From: Methanomassiliicoccaceae archaeon
Lineage (GTDB): Archaea > Thermoplasmatota > Thermoplasmata > Methanomassiliicoccales > Methanomassiliicoccaceae
Direction: 5' to 3'
NCBI GenBank assembly: GCA_963728405.1
Contig: CAVSJV010000004.1
Coordinates: 160,001-224,000 of the forward strand
Length of the DNA: 64,000 bases
Shown one piece after another: positions 30,778 through 40,563 of the stretch. A program made the translations under genes and the position numbers. The notes beneath the pieces are model-generated. The model saw only the letters and a list, made by a program, of their open reading frames with translations, ran no database searches and was not told the DNA's origin. Position 1 is the stretch's first letter, and every line of letters begins with the position of its first letter.

Positions 30778-31249
30778 ACCCCTACCTCCCGCTTGGCCCA
30801 GGCGGTCTGGCCTCTTTCCTCGTCCAGCCCGGCCTCGACGATGGTGACATTGGAGGAAGGTCCAGCTCTTTCAGCAGGCGCTCCAGGACAAGTTCCGCCA
30901 ACTCTTCGGCACTGGTCTGAGCGACATCGAGAATCACTACATCATCGTTCGGGAACACATACCTGTTTGCCCCGACCAGGACCTCGACCTCCCGGCCCTT
31001 CTTGATCTTGACCGTCGGCGATCTACCAGGGAGCAGCACCCGGTGGTCCAGCTCGTCGACGATCTTGCGAAGCGCCTTCTTTAAATCGACGAAGTCCATG
31101 ACCATGCCGTCGTCGGCCTTCTCGCCGTAGAGTGCCAGGTGCAGGATGTATGAATGGCCGTGCAACCGGCCGCATTTGTCATGGCCAGGTATGAAATGGG
31201 AAGCTGAAAACTTGATACCCGAGTATTCGCCGTCGATCTCGATCCTCAT
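30774..31249 (-). CDS. queD: 6-carboxy-5,6,7,8-tetrahydropterin synthase (frameshift near 30853)
   Basis: FSASHF..H.KC.RLHGH, MVMDF, LDH, TSAEE; the corrected C-terminus VEAGLDEERGQTA ends overlapping the queC ATG. Confidence 0.9.
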
Positions 31250-31401
31250 CGAGCATCGGACAGGATATACGATATTAACTTTTTTGCTGAGAGATCACCT
31301 GAACAATTCCTAATGGATGTGGACGGGATCAAAACCTCTTGCTTGGGAGGTTGAAAAGGAACCCGGTCCAGCATATGCGTTACAATGAATGCAGGAACGG
31401 A

Positions 31402-32185
31402 TTACCTTAGGTCTTGCTCGCTTGGTCGCTCCGAGAGGGCGCCAGCGCCGCGGCCAGTAGGATGGGAGTCAAGGTAATTCTCCTTCGCCCTCGACGTGTC
31501 GATGTAAATGCGGTCGATGTTCAGTATCGGCGCGCCCAGGGCTTTCCCCCACCTAGGAAGTGCAGGGTGCGGAACATCAGGTTGCCGGAGATGCCATCGG
31601 GGGCGATGAGCATGTCGCATTCCTGGACCGCGTTCTCGATCAGGATCTGGAAGTCCCGGGCGTCGATGCCCTCCCGCCTCAGGATATCCACGACCGTCTG
31701 GGCATCGTCGATGGTCCGGTCCACTTCCTTCATACGCCCCTTGTCCGAGGAGCGCCCTCCGGACATGATGCCGATGATCGGTCCGACGCTCAATTTGCTC
31801 AGAGCCACGTGGCCCAGACGGGCGAACTCAAGCTTCTCCTCGACGCTCCATCCCTCGTCGATCCCACCGGCGCAAGAAGGAACATCCTTCCTCCTCGCGG
31901 CTCCATGAACGCCGCCCGGAGGACCTTGTTCACGCCGAACGTCTCGCGCACTGCGGCCATGGCCTTGTTGGAGTCCACATCCCCCCTGACCGCCGCGTCG
32001 ATCCGGCCGTCCCGGAGGTCCCTGGCCATTAACAGCGGGTCATCGTACAGGAGAATGTTCGTGAATCCGGCCTTCTCTGCCTCCGCCTTGCTATTCAGGA
32101 CCTTGTCCCTGTCCGCGCCGAGGCCGATGCCTATCCTCGAGCGCTTGTTCTTGACACTGGAAAGCAGGGACTCCGATGTTAGCAT
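31402..32185 (-). CDS. mtxX: Methanogenesis marker Mmp4 / MtxX-like protein (two or more frameshifts)
   Basis: IDAAVRG, FLLAPVG(I)[31 protein letters not shown]. Confidence 0.82.
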
Positions 32186-32264
32186 CTAGTCCTGCCATGG
32201 CCGAAGGATGCCATTAATATTCGTGCGAGAAAGTGTGATCTTCCGATCCATAACATGATCATTC

Positions 32265-33251
32265 CTAGCCCAGGATGCAGTCCATGCGATAGTCGGACCA
32301 CTGTTTAAGGCCGAGCGATACTTCCATCTCGAAGGGTGTGAGGATCGGTTTGGGATATCTCAGGTAATCGTCGATGGCGATGCGGGGGCAAGCCGTAGAA
32401 ACGAAAGCGTCGGTGTCGTACGACAACAGTTGATCGGGCGAGAACTCCTCCAGGAGGACGATATCCGCCGATCGGCCATCCGCTTCGGCCAGGCGGCGCA
32501 GGCGTATCGCTTCCCCTAGCCTCATCTGCCCCACCTTGGTCGAGACCAGGATGAGGAACTTCCGAGCGCCCACCGCCCTGGTGATCGCTGCGTGCCTTTG
32601 CCTCAGAATGCGGTCCTTGAGCTCGTCGATCTCCCGGACCTCACCCATCAGAGGATCGATGATCAGCACCGGCCGATTTCCGGCTATAGCCGCGCTCAGA
32701 GGGTGGAAATCACCACTGCCGATGTACAAGAACTGGTCCACCATGGAAGCGATAGGATCGATCGAACTGATGTTACAGCCCAGCACCTGTCCCTCGAACT
32801 TGATTCGGGCATCCCCTTTACCCACGAACACCTGCCGGCAATGGGATTCCAACCAGGTGCGCACCTGAGGGAGCATGTGGACGTGTTGTACGGTGGTGAT
32901 CAGACCGATACGGTCCATCAACTTGGGCAGTGCCTTCTCCAGGAGCTCGCTGACGTCCATATTGACGAATACCTCGATGAACAGAACCTTGGGGTCGTGG
33001 GCTATCGATGGGATCTCAGCATGGCCGAACTGTACCAGGGCATCGGCATAGCTTCCGTACCTGGCAGTGTAATCGCATGCGCCGTAGCAGGGGTCCCCGA
33101 CGATCAGGAACGTCGCCTTGGTATCCTCTTCCAGCTGGCGGGCGATCCTTTGAGCATGGACCTTGAGACCCTCCGGCATCTGGAGGGCCACTGTCCTCGC
33201 ACCGACGAGCTTAATCCAAGCGGCGACCTCGCCCAGCCTGAAATCGTACAA
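32265..33251 (-). CDS. dph2: Diphthamide biosynthesis enzyme Dph2
   Basis: LQMPEGLK, CYGACD, GQVLGC, ACPRIAIDD, PILTPFE; TTG start behind AAGGAGG. Confidence 0.94.
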   Translation of the reverse strand: MYDFRLGEVAAWIKLVGARTVALQMPEGLKVHAQRIARQLEEDTKATFLIVGDPCYGACDYTARYGSYADALVQFGHAEIPSIAHDPKVLFIEVFVNMDVSELLEKALPKLMDRIGLITTVQHVHMLPQVRTWLESHCRQVFVGKGDARIKFEGQVLGCNISSIDPIASMVDQFLYIGSGDFHPLSAAIAGNRPVLIIDPLMGEVREIDELKDRILRQRHAAITRAVGARKFLILVSTKVGQMRLGEAIRLRRLAEADGRSADIVLLEEFSPDQLLSYDTDAFVSTACPRIAIDDYLRYPKPILTPFEMEVSLGLKQWSDYRMDCILG

Positions 33252-33307
33252 ATAGGCGTCCTCCTTAGAATATGGAAAATAAGAAGAAAGTTGGTTGTTA
33301 AAAGGGT

Positions 33308-33826
33308 TTAGGTCAGGAGTTCGGCACCCTTCACGATCTCCATCTGGCAGGGAGAGGGGAGCTTCATCGAGGCCTTCCACAATGCTTCCTTCCCGGCGGG
33401 GAACGCCTGAGGGGTGACCCGAAGGGTCATGATGGTGGTACCACCCTGCACCCTGGCAGCAGTGCCCACGGCCTTACCAAAGGCTGCACGCATTCCACCG
33501 GACACACGGTCCGCGCCGGCGCCGGTGGCCATCTTGTGCTCACGGAGCACAATGTGCGGGTAGACATTGATCTTGAGATGGAACGAAGCGGTGGTGGTCC
33601 CCTTGCTCAAGGCCCGGTTGGCCGCGATACGTGCAGCTTCCAGGGAGGTGTGCCTTACTTGGCAGGGCTCCTTGATGATGAGGTTCATTTCAATGGGGAA
33701 ATCACCATTCGTGGTACCAAGGTCGTAAGTGTTGATACGGGGAGCGGGTACTCCACCCATGTACTCCCTTCTAGTATAGGCCTGGCCCCTGATCTGGCGG
33801 TACATTCTTCCGGGCTTGCGCGACAT
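33308..33826 (-). CDS. rpl10e: 50S ribosomal protein uL16 (L10e)
   Basis: YTRREYMGGVP, LEAARIAANR, REHKMATGAGADRVSGGMRAAFGK. Confidence 0.97.
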   Translation of the reverse strand: MSRKPGRMYRQIRGQAYTRREYMGGVPAPRINTYDLGTTNGDFPIEMNLIIKEPCQVRHTSLEAARIAANRALSKGTTTASFHLKINVYPHIVLREHKMATGAGADRVSGGMRAAFGKAVGTAARVQGGTTIMTLRVTPQAFPAGKEALWKASMKLPSPCQMEIVKGAELLT

Positions 33827-33935
33827 AAAGATTCACCTATGAAATCGATTTGGAGGGTTAGTTACATTATTGTTTTTGTATTTATAGCTGATGGACCCCA
33901 GAAGCAGTACCAGCTGGCCTCGTAATGGTTGATGG

Positions 33936-34283
33936 TTACTTCTGGCCGAGGACCTCTCTTTCCTTGACGAGGGTCATGTCCTCGACCTTGCCGTCGGTGA
34001 GCTCTATCTTCACGCGAACCTCACCGCGCTCTAGGAAGATCGATGCTTTGCGAAGCAGCGACTGATATACAGCGATACGCTTGCCCGATGGAGACACTTT
34101 CATCTCCACGCACTTGAGCAGGCCGAAGCCCTCGAGCATGCGGATGCGATTATAACAGGCAGATATCGGTATGCCCAGGCTCTCGCTCATCTCCGCGGCG
34201 GTCCTGGGTTTCTCGATGGACCAGACGAGAATTCTTGCAGCATACTCGTCATTCATCACACTTGAAGCAGTTGATGCATCCAT
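33936..34283 (-). CDS. Winged-HTH (ArsR-like) transcription regulator
   Basis: DEYAARIL...PRTAAEMSESLGIPISACYNRIRMLEGFGLL. Confidence 0.82.
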   Translation of the reverse strand: MDASTASSVMNDEYAARILVWSIEKPRTAAEMSESLGIPISACYNRIRMLEGFGLLKCVEMKVSPSGKRIAVYQSLLRKASIFLERGEVRVKIELTDGKVEDMTLVKEREVLGQK

Positions 34284-34398
34284 TCCATCCCCGAGGACCT
34301 GAATCACTATCTAATCATATAATTGATTGTATGAATCTCCCTTGTCGATTACCGCGGCAAGGCAAGAATCCAATACCTATTCCGCCTCTTACTTACTT

Positions 34399-34782
34399 AT
34401 GCCTGAGAGCACGGAGACCATAGCGGCCCAGACCGACGCAGAGATCAAGAAGCGTTTGAAGAGATTGGCCGACTTCTACGGCCAGGTCCCCTTCGTTTCA
34501 ACATCCCTCGCCCAGCACCCCGACGTCTTCCTCCCATTCTCGGACCTGTCCAAGCGCTTGCTGCTCGAACCGAAGCACCTCTCGCTGAAGGAGATGGAAC
34601 TCGCGGCGGTGGCGGCCAGCACGGCCCTGGGAAGCGAGCACTGCCTCAATGTCCACATCCCCCAGGCGCTCAGGGTCGGGGCAAGCAGGGACGAGGTCAT
34701 GGAGGCGATCATGGTAGGCTCGTTCATGGCCATGACCAAGGGGCAATCGGTGGGGTTGAGGAAGCTCGCCGAACAGAAATAG
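34399..34782 (+). CDS. Carboxymuconolactone decarboxylase / AhpD family protein
   Basis: LSLKEMELAAVAAS..GSEHCLNVH..ALRVGASRDEVMEA. Confidence 0.85.
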   Translation: MPESTETIAAQTDAEIKKRLKRLADFYGQVPFVSTSLAQHPDVFLPFSDLSKRLLLEPKHLSLKEMELAAVAASTALGSEHCLNVHIPQALRVGASRDEVMEAIMVGSFMAMTKGQSVGLRKLAEQK

Positions 34783-34868
34783 ACCACCCAGGCGGAAAAA
34801 CCGAGGCGAGGTTTGTTATACTCCCTGCTCAAAAGCAGTTGTTGATGGGAACAGTGGAGATTCGGCGG

Positions 34869-35201
34869 ATGATCAGATCCAGGGTCCTGATGCTCACGAA
34901 CGTCAACCCCGACCTGGAGATCGAGGATGCGGTGGAAGAAGGCGATTGGGGCCTGTTGACCCTAAGGGAGAGGGGTAACTTGATCGGCTTCGAGTTCCTG
35001 GAGACCGAGGATAGTTGGAAAAGGCCGGACGCACTTTTGCAGTATTTTGAGGCGTCCAATGACGGCTACTATGTCGGAGTGATCGTTCCGGACGAGCAAT
35101 TCGATGAGGTCACTGATATGATATTCAGCATGGGCGAGGACCCAGTGATCATCCTCAGTTACGAGGACCTGGGGATCACCCCCTTCCAGTTGATGAGCTA
35201 G
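34869..35201 (+). CDS. Hypothetical acidic protein
   Basis: Clean ORF behind a GTGGAG RBS; no family recognised with confidence. Confidence 0.7.
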   Translation: MIRSRVLMLTNVNPDLEIEDAVEEGDWGLLTLRERGNLIGFEFLETEDSWKRPDALLQYFEASNDGYYVGVIVPDEQFDEVTDMIFSMGEDPVIILSYEDLGITPFQLMS

Positions 35202-35325
35202 GTGCGCTGAATTTATACCCGCAATATGAGCCCCAGCCTTCACCGGAAGGAGTCGTTTAAAACGTAATAACCGGCATGTCTGAGGCTAGCGCAGTTACGA
35301 TTAGCACACTTGGACGAACCGCCAA

Positions 35326-36183
35326 TCATTTTGGAAGTGGAGACCCACATTGACCACTCGGCCGATCTTGCTGAGGCCCGTTCTCAATCGTCCTCAGCCC
35401 GGTGATGTCTTGGTTGACCCCGCAGGTCTGTACCCTCCGGCCATCTATGTCCTTGATCATCCTGACCCGGACCATAAACCATCGGACCTCTCCGTCTTTC
35501 TTTATGATACGATGTTCTATCTGGCTGAAGCCTTCCGGGCCCATCGCGTCCTCGCCTTTCTCGATCCATTCAGCCACCCGATCAACGTCCTTAGGATGGA
35601 TGAACCTGCGGACATAGTCTTCGGGCGATATCGAATGTCCACCCTCCTGGCTCGCATCGGTCCCGTAAAGACTATAGAAGATGTCGTCGAACTCGAACAT
35701 CTTCGTTTTCTCGTCGTACTCCCAACCGGCTATCCTGACCATATCCATGGCCATCTGGGATTGTTGCATCTTGATGAACAATTTCAACTCAGCCGATCGT
35801 TTGGCCACTGCCTGCTTCACCTTGTGCTCGAGCTCGACGAACTGGGCTTCGATATCACCGCCCCTCTGCAGATAGAAACTCACCCCGGAGTTGCAGGCAT
35901 CGATGACAACCTCCTTTCGACTTCGGCCAGTGAATAGTATAAACGGCATATTCTTGTCCTTCTCTCGGACCATCTTTAGGAACTGGAGACCGTCGATACC
36001 TGGCATCTGGAAGTCGGAGATGATGAGGTCATAATGAGATCGGGCCATTGCTCTCTGGGCTTCCTCCACGGAGATAGCAGTGTCGACCGCTAGCTCCCCT
36101 GACATCTCCAGGTACTCCTTCCCTAGCACTAGGGAACCGTTCTCATCATCAACGTAAAGGACATGTATCATCCTATCGACCAT
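35326..36183 (-). CDS. Response regulator receiver + PAS domain protein
   Basis: VLYVDDE, IISDFQMPGIDG, FILFTG; PAS_3 motifs IHPKD and HRIIKKDGEVRW. Confidence 0.88.
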   Translation of the reverse strand: MVDRMIHVLYVDDENGSLVLGKEYLEMSGELAVDTAISVEEAQRAMARSHYDLIISDFQMPGIDGLQFLKMVREKDKNMPFILFTGRSRKEVVIDACNSGVSFYLQRGGDIEAQFVELEHKVKQAVAKRSAELKLFIKMQQSQMAMDMVRIAGWEYDEKTKMFEFDDIFYSLYGTDASQEGGHSISPEDYVRRFIHPKDVDRVAEWIEKGEDAMGPEGFSQIEHRIIKKDGEVRWFMVRVRMIKDIDGRRVQTCGVNQDITGLRTIENGPQQDRPSGQCGSPLPK

Positions 36184-36651
36184 TCTCGATGCAGCTAACC
36201 GACATCTATATTTTGAAGTCTTCGTACATGTTCCCGATCATTATTTTGGTTCCTGAGCACTTTTCATTACTCATGCAACATGTACATTTGGCAAGGGCAG
36301 ATCATGTAGACTAACCGTCTTGAAAAATATCTGCACATGCTCGGCATTTGATATATCGTTCCTGGATATATTATTGAGATAACATTATATTAGTGATGCC
36401 TCTTCGCCCAACGGGAGCGGGTGGATTTTTCAACCCCACCAATCCAATATACTCGTCCTCCAACCGCTCCCTTCCTTAATCCCTAATTGTCATTATTGCT
36501 CCGGGGCGTTATTCCTCCAACATCCTTCTGCCCGCCAAGGGAGGATCTCACATGCTCCACATTTTCTATGGACGCTTCGCCAGCATCTCCACCGCATAGA
36601 AACCTATTTCATGGCCATCCCCTTCTCTCGTGGTAGAGCAAAGGGCAGCAC

Positions 36652-37107
36652 ATGGCTAAGAAAAAGATATCCAACAGGGAAGCCAGGGGTATCGCCCGCA
36701 GGCGGATGAACCGGCTCATGGACCTCGCCGCGGTCGAAGCGAAAGCCGACAACCTAGAGCGGAGCCGGAGATATGTCACCCTTGCCCGTAGCATCGGAAT
36801 GAGGACCAATACGCCCATGCTGAAGCAGCGACTATATTGCCACGAGTGCATGCTGTCTCTGGTCCCCGGTCACAATTGCCGGGTCAGGCTTCGTTCCAAC
36901 AGGATCAGTGTTCATTGCCTCGTCTGCGATCATGTCAGACGGGTTCCATATCTGAACGAGAAGAGAGGTGTAGACAATGCCGGAAAAGAAAAGCAAGAAG
37001 CAGCTAGTAAAGTTGGGGTCGACGATCGACCCGACCGTACATGTGGGAAAGGAAGGCCTGACCGAGGGGATAGTGAAAGAGATCAAGGCCCAGGTCAAAA
37101 GACATAA
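36652..37107 (+). CDS. rnp4: Ribonuclease P protein component 4 (Rpp21)
   Basis: IARRRMNRL, RRYVTLARSI, CHEC..LVPG..RVRL..CLVC..RR.P zinc ribbon. Confidence 0.92.
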   Translation: MAKKKISNREARGIARRRMNRLMDLAAVEAKADNLERSRRYVTLARSIGMRTNTPMLKQRLYCHECMLSLVPGHNCRVRLRSNRISVHCLVCDHVRRVPYLNEKRGVDNAGKEKQEAASKVGVDDRPDRTCGKGRPDRGDSERDQGPGQKT

Positions 37108-37309
37108 ATTGATCAAGGTCAGGGTCCTCCCCGCCGCGGACATGGACAAGGACGCCGTAGCCGAGGAGCTGGCCCAAAGGACCGGCGCTAAGGTCGTGGA
37201 CACCAGGGGCTTCACCATCCTACTATCTGATGCAAGGTTGATGGAAGAGAAGAAGAAGGCCACCCCCCCTAAGGAGGCCGTGAAGGAGCCTGAGACCGAT
37301 CCGTTTTAG
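36977..37309 (+). CDS. yhbY: YhbY/CRM-domain RNA-binding protein
   Basis: PTVHVGKEGL, LIKVRVL, VVDTRGFTILL. Confidence 0.9.
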   Translation: MPEKKSKKQLVKLGSTIDPTVHVGKEGLTEGIVKEIKAQVKRHKLIKVRVLPAADMDKDAVAEELAQRTGAKVVDTRGFTILLSDARLMEEKKKATPPKEAVKEPETDPF

Positions 37310-37582
37310 GCCTCAATGGTCCAAAATCCAAATTGACCGGTCCAGGACAATCCAGCAGGTATTGTCGGCGGCCTCGTCCCACTGTTGCTCGGTCCCTTCG
37401 GATCAAGGTTCCTGATCCGACCCCAGTACATTGCACCAATGGGGCCTGGTGAGTTTTCGGCGCTTACATTTCCAGGATGAACACGGCCGCCTGAACCAAA
37501 ACTTTCTTGACGGCCTACCGGTTGGGCATTGTGAGAAGCTTTTTGAGGATAAAGCCCGTTAGCGCCGTAAAGGTGACTGGCT

Positions 37583-38845
37583 TTGCTCGACACCGAACTC
37601 ATTCGTAATGATCCCGAACTCATTCGCGCCTCGCTCAGGAACAGGAACTACTCCGAGGAGACCCTCGATGAATTCCTCCTCCTGGACGGGGAGTGGCGTA
37701 AGCTAGTGGACGAGGGTAACCGCCTGAGGCACGAGCGCAACAAGGCCTCCGAGCTCATCCCGAAGCTCAAGGGCGAGGAGAAGCAGAACAAGATTGCCGA
37801 AATGAGGCTGGTGGCCGAGAGGATCAAGCAGATCGACACTGCCGTCATCGAAGTGGAGTCTAAGCGGGAACAGGTCGTGCTCAACATTCCCAACATACCA
37901 GACAAGAGCGTACCGGTGGGCAAGGAATGCGGCGACAACCTAACGGTCCGCACCTGTGGCCATGTCCGCAAGTTCGACTTCACCCCGAAGAAGCATTTCG
38001 AACTGGCAGAGGAGCTCGATATCATCGACTTCGTTCGCGGGACAAAGATCACCGGCAGTGGTTTCTTCGTGCTCAAGGGCGACGGGGCCCGGTTGGACCG
38101 GGCGTTGACGCAGTTCATGCTCGACCTGCACAATAGGCAGGGATACACTGAGATCTTTCCTCCCGCCATCGTCAACAAGGCCGCCGTAATAGGGACCGGC
38201 CAGTACCCTAAAATGAAGGACGACATGTACTGGTGCGAGCGCGACGATTTGTGGCTCAACCCCACCGCCGAGGTGCCGGTGACGAACCTGCACCAGGATG
38301 AGATCTTTGAGAAGGCCCAGTTGCCGATCGAGTACACCGCATACCTCCCGTCGTTCCGCCGCGAGGCCGGCCGGAACGCCGACACCAGGGGAATCATCCG
38401 CGTGCACCAGTTCAACAAGGTCGAGCTCGTGAAGTTCGTTCTACCAGACCATTCGTTCGAGGATCTGGAGGTTCTCAGGAACGATGCCGAGGCGGTGCTG
38501 CAGGGGCTCGACGTCCCCTACCGCGTCCTGCTACTGTGCACCGGAGACATGGGCTTCGCCAGCGCCAAGACCTATGATCTGGAGGCGTACGCTCCCGGAG
38601 CAGAACAGTGGCTCGAGGTATCATCGTGCTCCTGCTTCACCGACTTCCAGGCCAGGAGGGCGCGCATCAAGTTCCGTCCGGAGCCGCACCTCAAGAGCGA
38701 GTTCGTGCATACCTTGAACGGTTCGGGTCTGGCCCTGCCGCGCACGATGGTCTCGGTCATGGAGAACTACCAGAACAAGAACGGTACCATCGCCATCCCT
38801 GAGGTCCTCCAGCCCTACATGCAGGGGCAAGAACTAATCGAGTGA
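37583..38845 (+). CDS. serS: Seryl-tRNA synthetase (bacterial/standard type)
   Basis: PTAEVP, FRREAG, GIIRVHQFNKVE, EVSSCS, HTLNGSGLA; TTG start behind GGTGA. Confidence 0.97.
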   Translation: MLDTELIRNDPELIRASLRNRNYSEETLDEFLLLDGEWRKLVDEGNRLRHERNKASELIPKLKGEEKQNKIAEMRLVAERIKQIDTAVIEVESKREQVVLNIPNIPDKSVPVGKECGDNLTVRTCGHVRKFDFTPKKHFELAEELDIIDFVRGTKITGSGFFVLKGDGARLDRALTQFMLDLHNRQGYTEIFPPAIVNKAAVIGTGQYPKMKDDMYWCERDDLWLNPTAEVPVTNLHQDEIFEKAQLPIEYTAYLPSFRREAGRNADTRGIIRVHQFNKVELVKFVLPDHSFEDLEVLRNDAEAVLQGLDVPYRVLLLCTGDMGFASAKTYDLEAYAPGAEQWLEVSSCSCFTDFQARRARIKFRPEPHLKSEFVHTLNGSGLALPRTMVSVMENYQNKNGTIAIPEVLQPYMQGQELIE

Positions 38846-39001
38846 AGACCGTCGCACATCGGAAACCCGTGGTCGCCCCAGATCACGGCCGGTGGCGCAT
38901 TTTTCCTTTTTTAACATCTTTGGTCGCTGGTTGTACCGTCTTCTTCCCGATAAGGATGAATTAAAATATGCATCTGCAATTCACCCACAGGGGATGCATC
39001 C

Positions 39002-40240
39002 ATGGATGAGATATCGATCCAAACAGTATTACTACAGCTATTCATTCTTATTTTGCTGGCGAAGGTCGCCGGCATGCTATGCGAGAGAGTGAAGGTCTCT
39101 CCAGTTATCGGTGAGATATTTGCCGGCATTCTTGTCGGCAACACGATCCTAATGCAATGGTTGAGCCTGGACCTTGATATGACCTTGTTCGAGATCTTGA
39201 GCGAACTGGGCGTCATCTTCCTGTTGTTCGCGGTCGGTCTGGAGACCCCTTTCTCCGAGCTGAGAAAGGTAGGTAAGACCGCCACCCTTGTCGCCGTGCT
39301 TGGGGTCATCGTACCGCTCGTCACTGGGTTCGCCCTAATACTGGCCCTTGGCCACGGTCAGATCGAGGCTTTGTTCGTCGCTACGGCCATGGTGGCGACC
39401 AGCGTGGGCATCACCGCTCGGGTCATCAAAGACATGAAGCTCACGAACACCAAGGAATCCAGAGTGATCATAGGGGCAGCGGTCATTGACGACGTGCTGG
39501 GAATGATCGTCCTCGCCATCGTAGTAGGGGTCGCATCGGGTGGCGGGTCAAGCATATTGGACATCGCACTGGTGGCGGCCGAGGGGATACTGTTCGTGCT
39601 CATGGTGATCTTTGTCGGTTCCATACTGTTGCCAAGGGCCCGTAAGAAGATAGCATCCAGAAGAGAACCGGACACCTGCAGGGAGCAAAAGCACCATGCC
39701 ATATCGCCTCTACCATTGGCGATCATTGTTTGCCTGGGCCTGTCGTTCTTAGCGTCCTTCGTCGGCCTGGCGGCGATCATCGGGGCATTCCTGGCAGGCA
39801 TGGCATTCGCCGAGTTCAAGGACAAGTGGCCGTGCGAGGAGGACTTTCATCCGATCAACCAGTTCCTCGTACCGTTCTTCTTCTTGTTCGTAGGAATATC
39901 CGTGGATCTCGCTTCATTCGGCGACGTATTGCTGATTGCCGTCCTAGTGACCCTGTTGGCCATAGCCACCAAGTTCATTGGATGCGGCATTGGCTCTAGG
40001 AGCCTAGGTGGCAAGTCGGCGACCATCATTGGAGTCGGCATGGTACCCCGTGGGGAAGTGGGCATCATCGTTGCCTCCATCGGATTAAGTCTGGCGGTGG
40101 TCTCCCAAAGCTTGTTCTCCGTGGTGGTGTTCATGTCCATGGCCACAACGATCGTCGCACCTCCCCTTTTATCCTGGGCCTTCCGACGCAAGTATGGTGA
40201 TCAAAGCCCCGAACCAGAGGTCGAGGAGAATATGAGCTGA
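39002..40240 (+). CDS. Cation:proton antiporter (CPA2)
   Basis: GVIFLLFAVGLE, ATSVGIT, AAVIDDV, GMVPRGEVG. Confidence 0.92.
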   Translation: MDEISIQTVLLQLFILILLAKVAGMLCERVKVSPVIGEIFAGILVGNTILMQWLSLDLDMTLFEILSELGVIFLLFAVGLETPFSELRKVGKTATLVAVLGVIVPLVTGFALILALGHGQIEALFVATAMVATSVGITARVIKDMKLTNTKESRVIIGAAVIDDVLGMIVLAIVVGVASGGGSSILDIALVAAEGILFVLMVIFVGSILLPRARKKIASRREPDTCREQKHHAISPLPLAIIVCLGLSFLASFVGLAAIIGAFLAGMAFAEFKDKWPCEEDFHPINQFLVPFFFLFVGISVDLASFGDVLLIAVLVTLLAIATKFIGCGIGSRSLGGKSATIIGVGMVPRGEVGIIVASIGLSLAVVSQSLFSVVVFMSMATTIVAPPLLSWAFRRKYGDQSPEPEVEENMS

Positions 40241-40250
40241 CCTGGCCGGA

Positions 40251-40290
40251 GAAGGGCTTTGCGCCCCTGAACCCTTTTCTTCATTTTTTA
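40251..40290 (+). terminator. Putative terminator after the antiporter
   Basis: Short stem (GAAGGG...CCCTTTT) followed by a T-rich tract. Confidence 0.4.
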
Positions 40291-40563
40291 ACAAAATTGT
40301 GATGCTGGCTCGGCCCTGTTACTGGGGTAAGCCTGATTGAACGCATCCTTCCTTATCTGCGGTCATAGCGGTACAAATGGTACCCCATATAGGTTTCAGT
40401 GACGGATTTAAACCCCATTCGCATGGTAAATGCACGGGTTTGATGCCGCGGTCCAACCCCCGACCGGCAGATGCATCCTTTCACCACATTTCAATAGCAC
40501 AAGAAGACGCCCTCCAAATTTGCGGTGGCCGTCCCCCTGCCAAGCCCGCCCATAGGGTCCGTT

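Noticed and set aside
29463-31249. queDCE as a DNA 7-deazaguanine modification (dpd) system
   Set aside because: No dpdA or restriction genes nearby; preQ0 synthesis for archaeosine is routine in archaea.
37367-37491. 5S rRNA or reduced RNase P RNA
   Set aside because: Lacks the 5S CCGAAC loop and the RNase P GAGGAAAGTCC/P4 signatures; kept only as an unknown structured RNA.
37593-37626. Direct repeat CCGAACTCATTCG twice
   Set aside because: Two copies inside serS encoding ELIR..ELIR; not an array.
40300-40480. Several hairpins between the antiporter and mscS
   Set aside because: Short, imperfect stems between convergent genes; consistent with terminators or chance.
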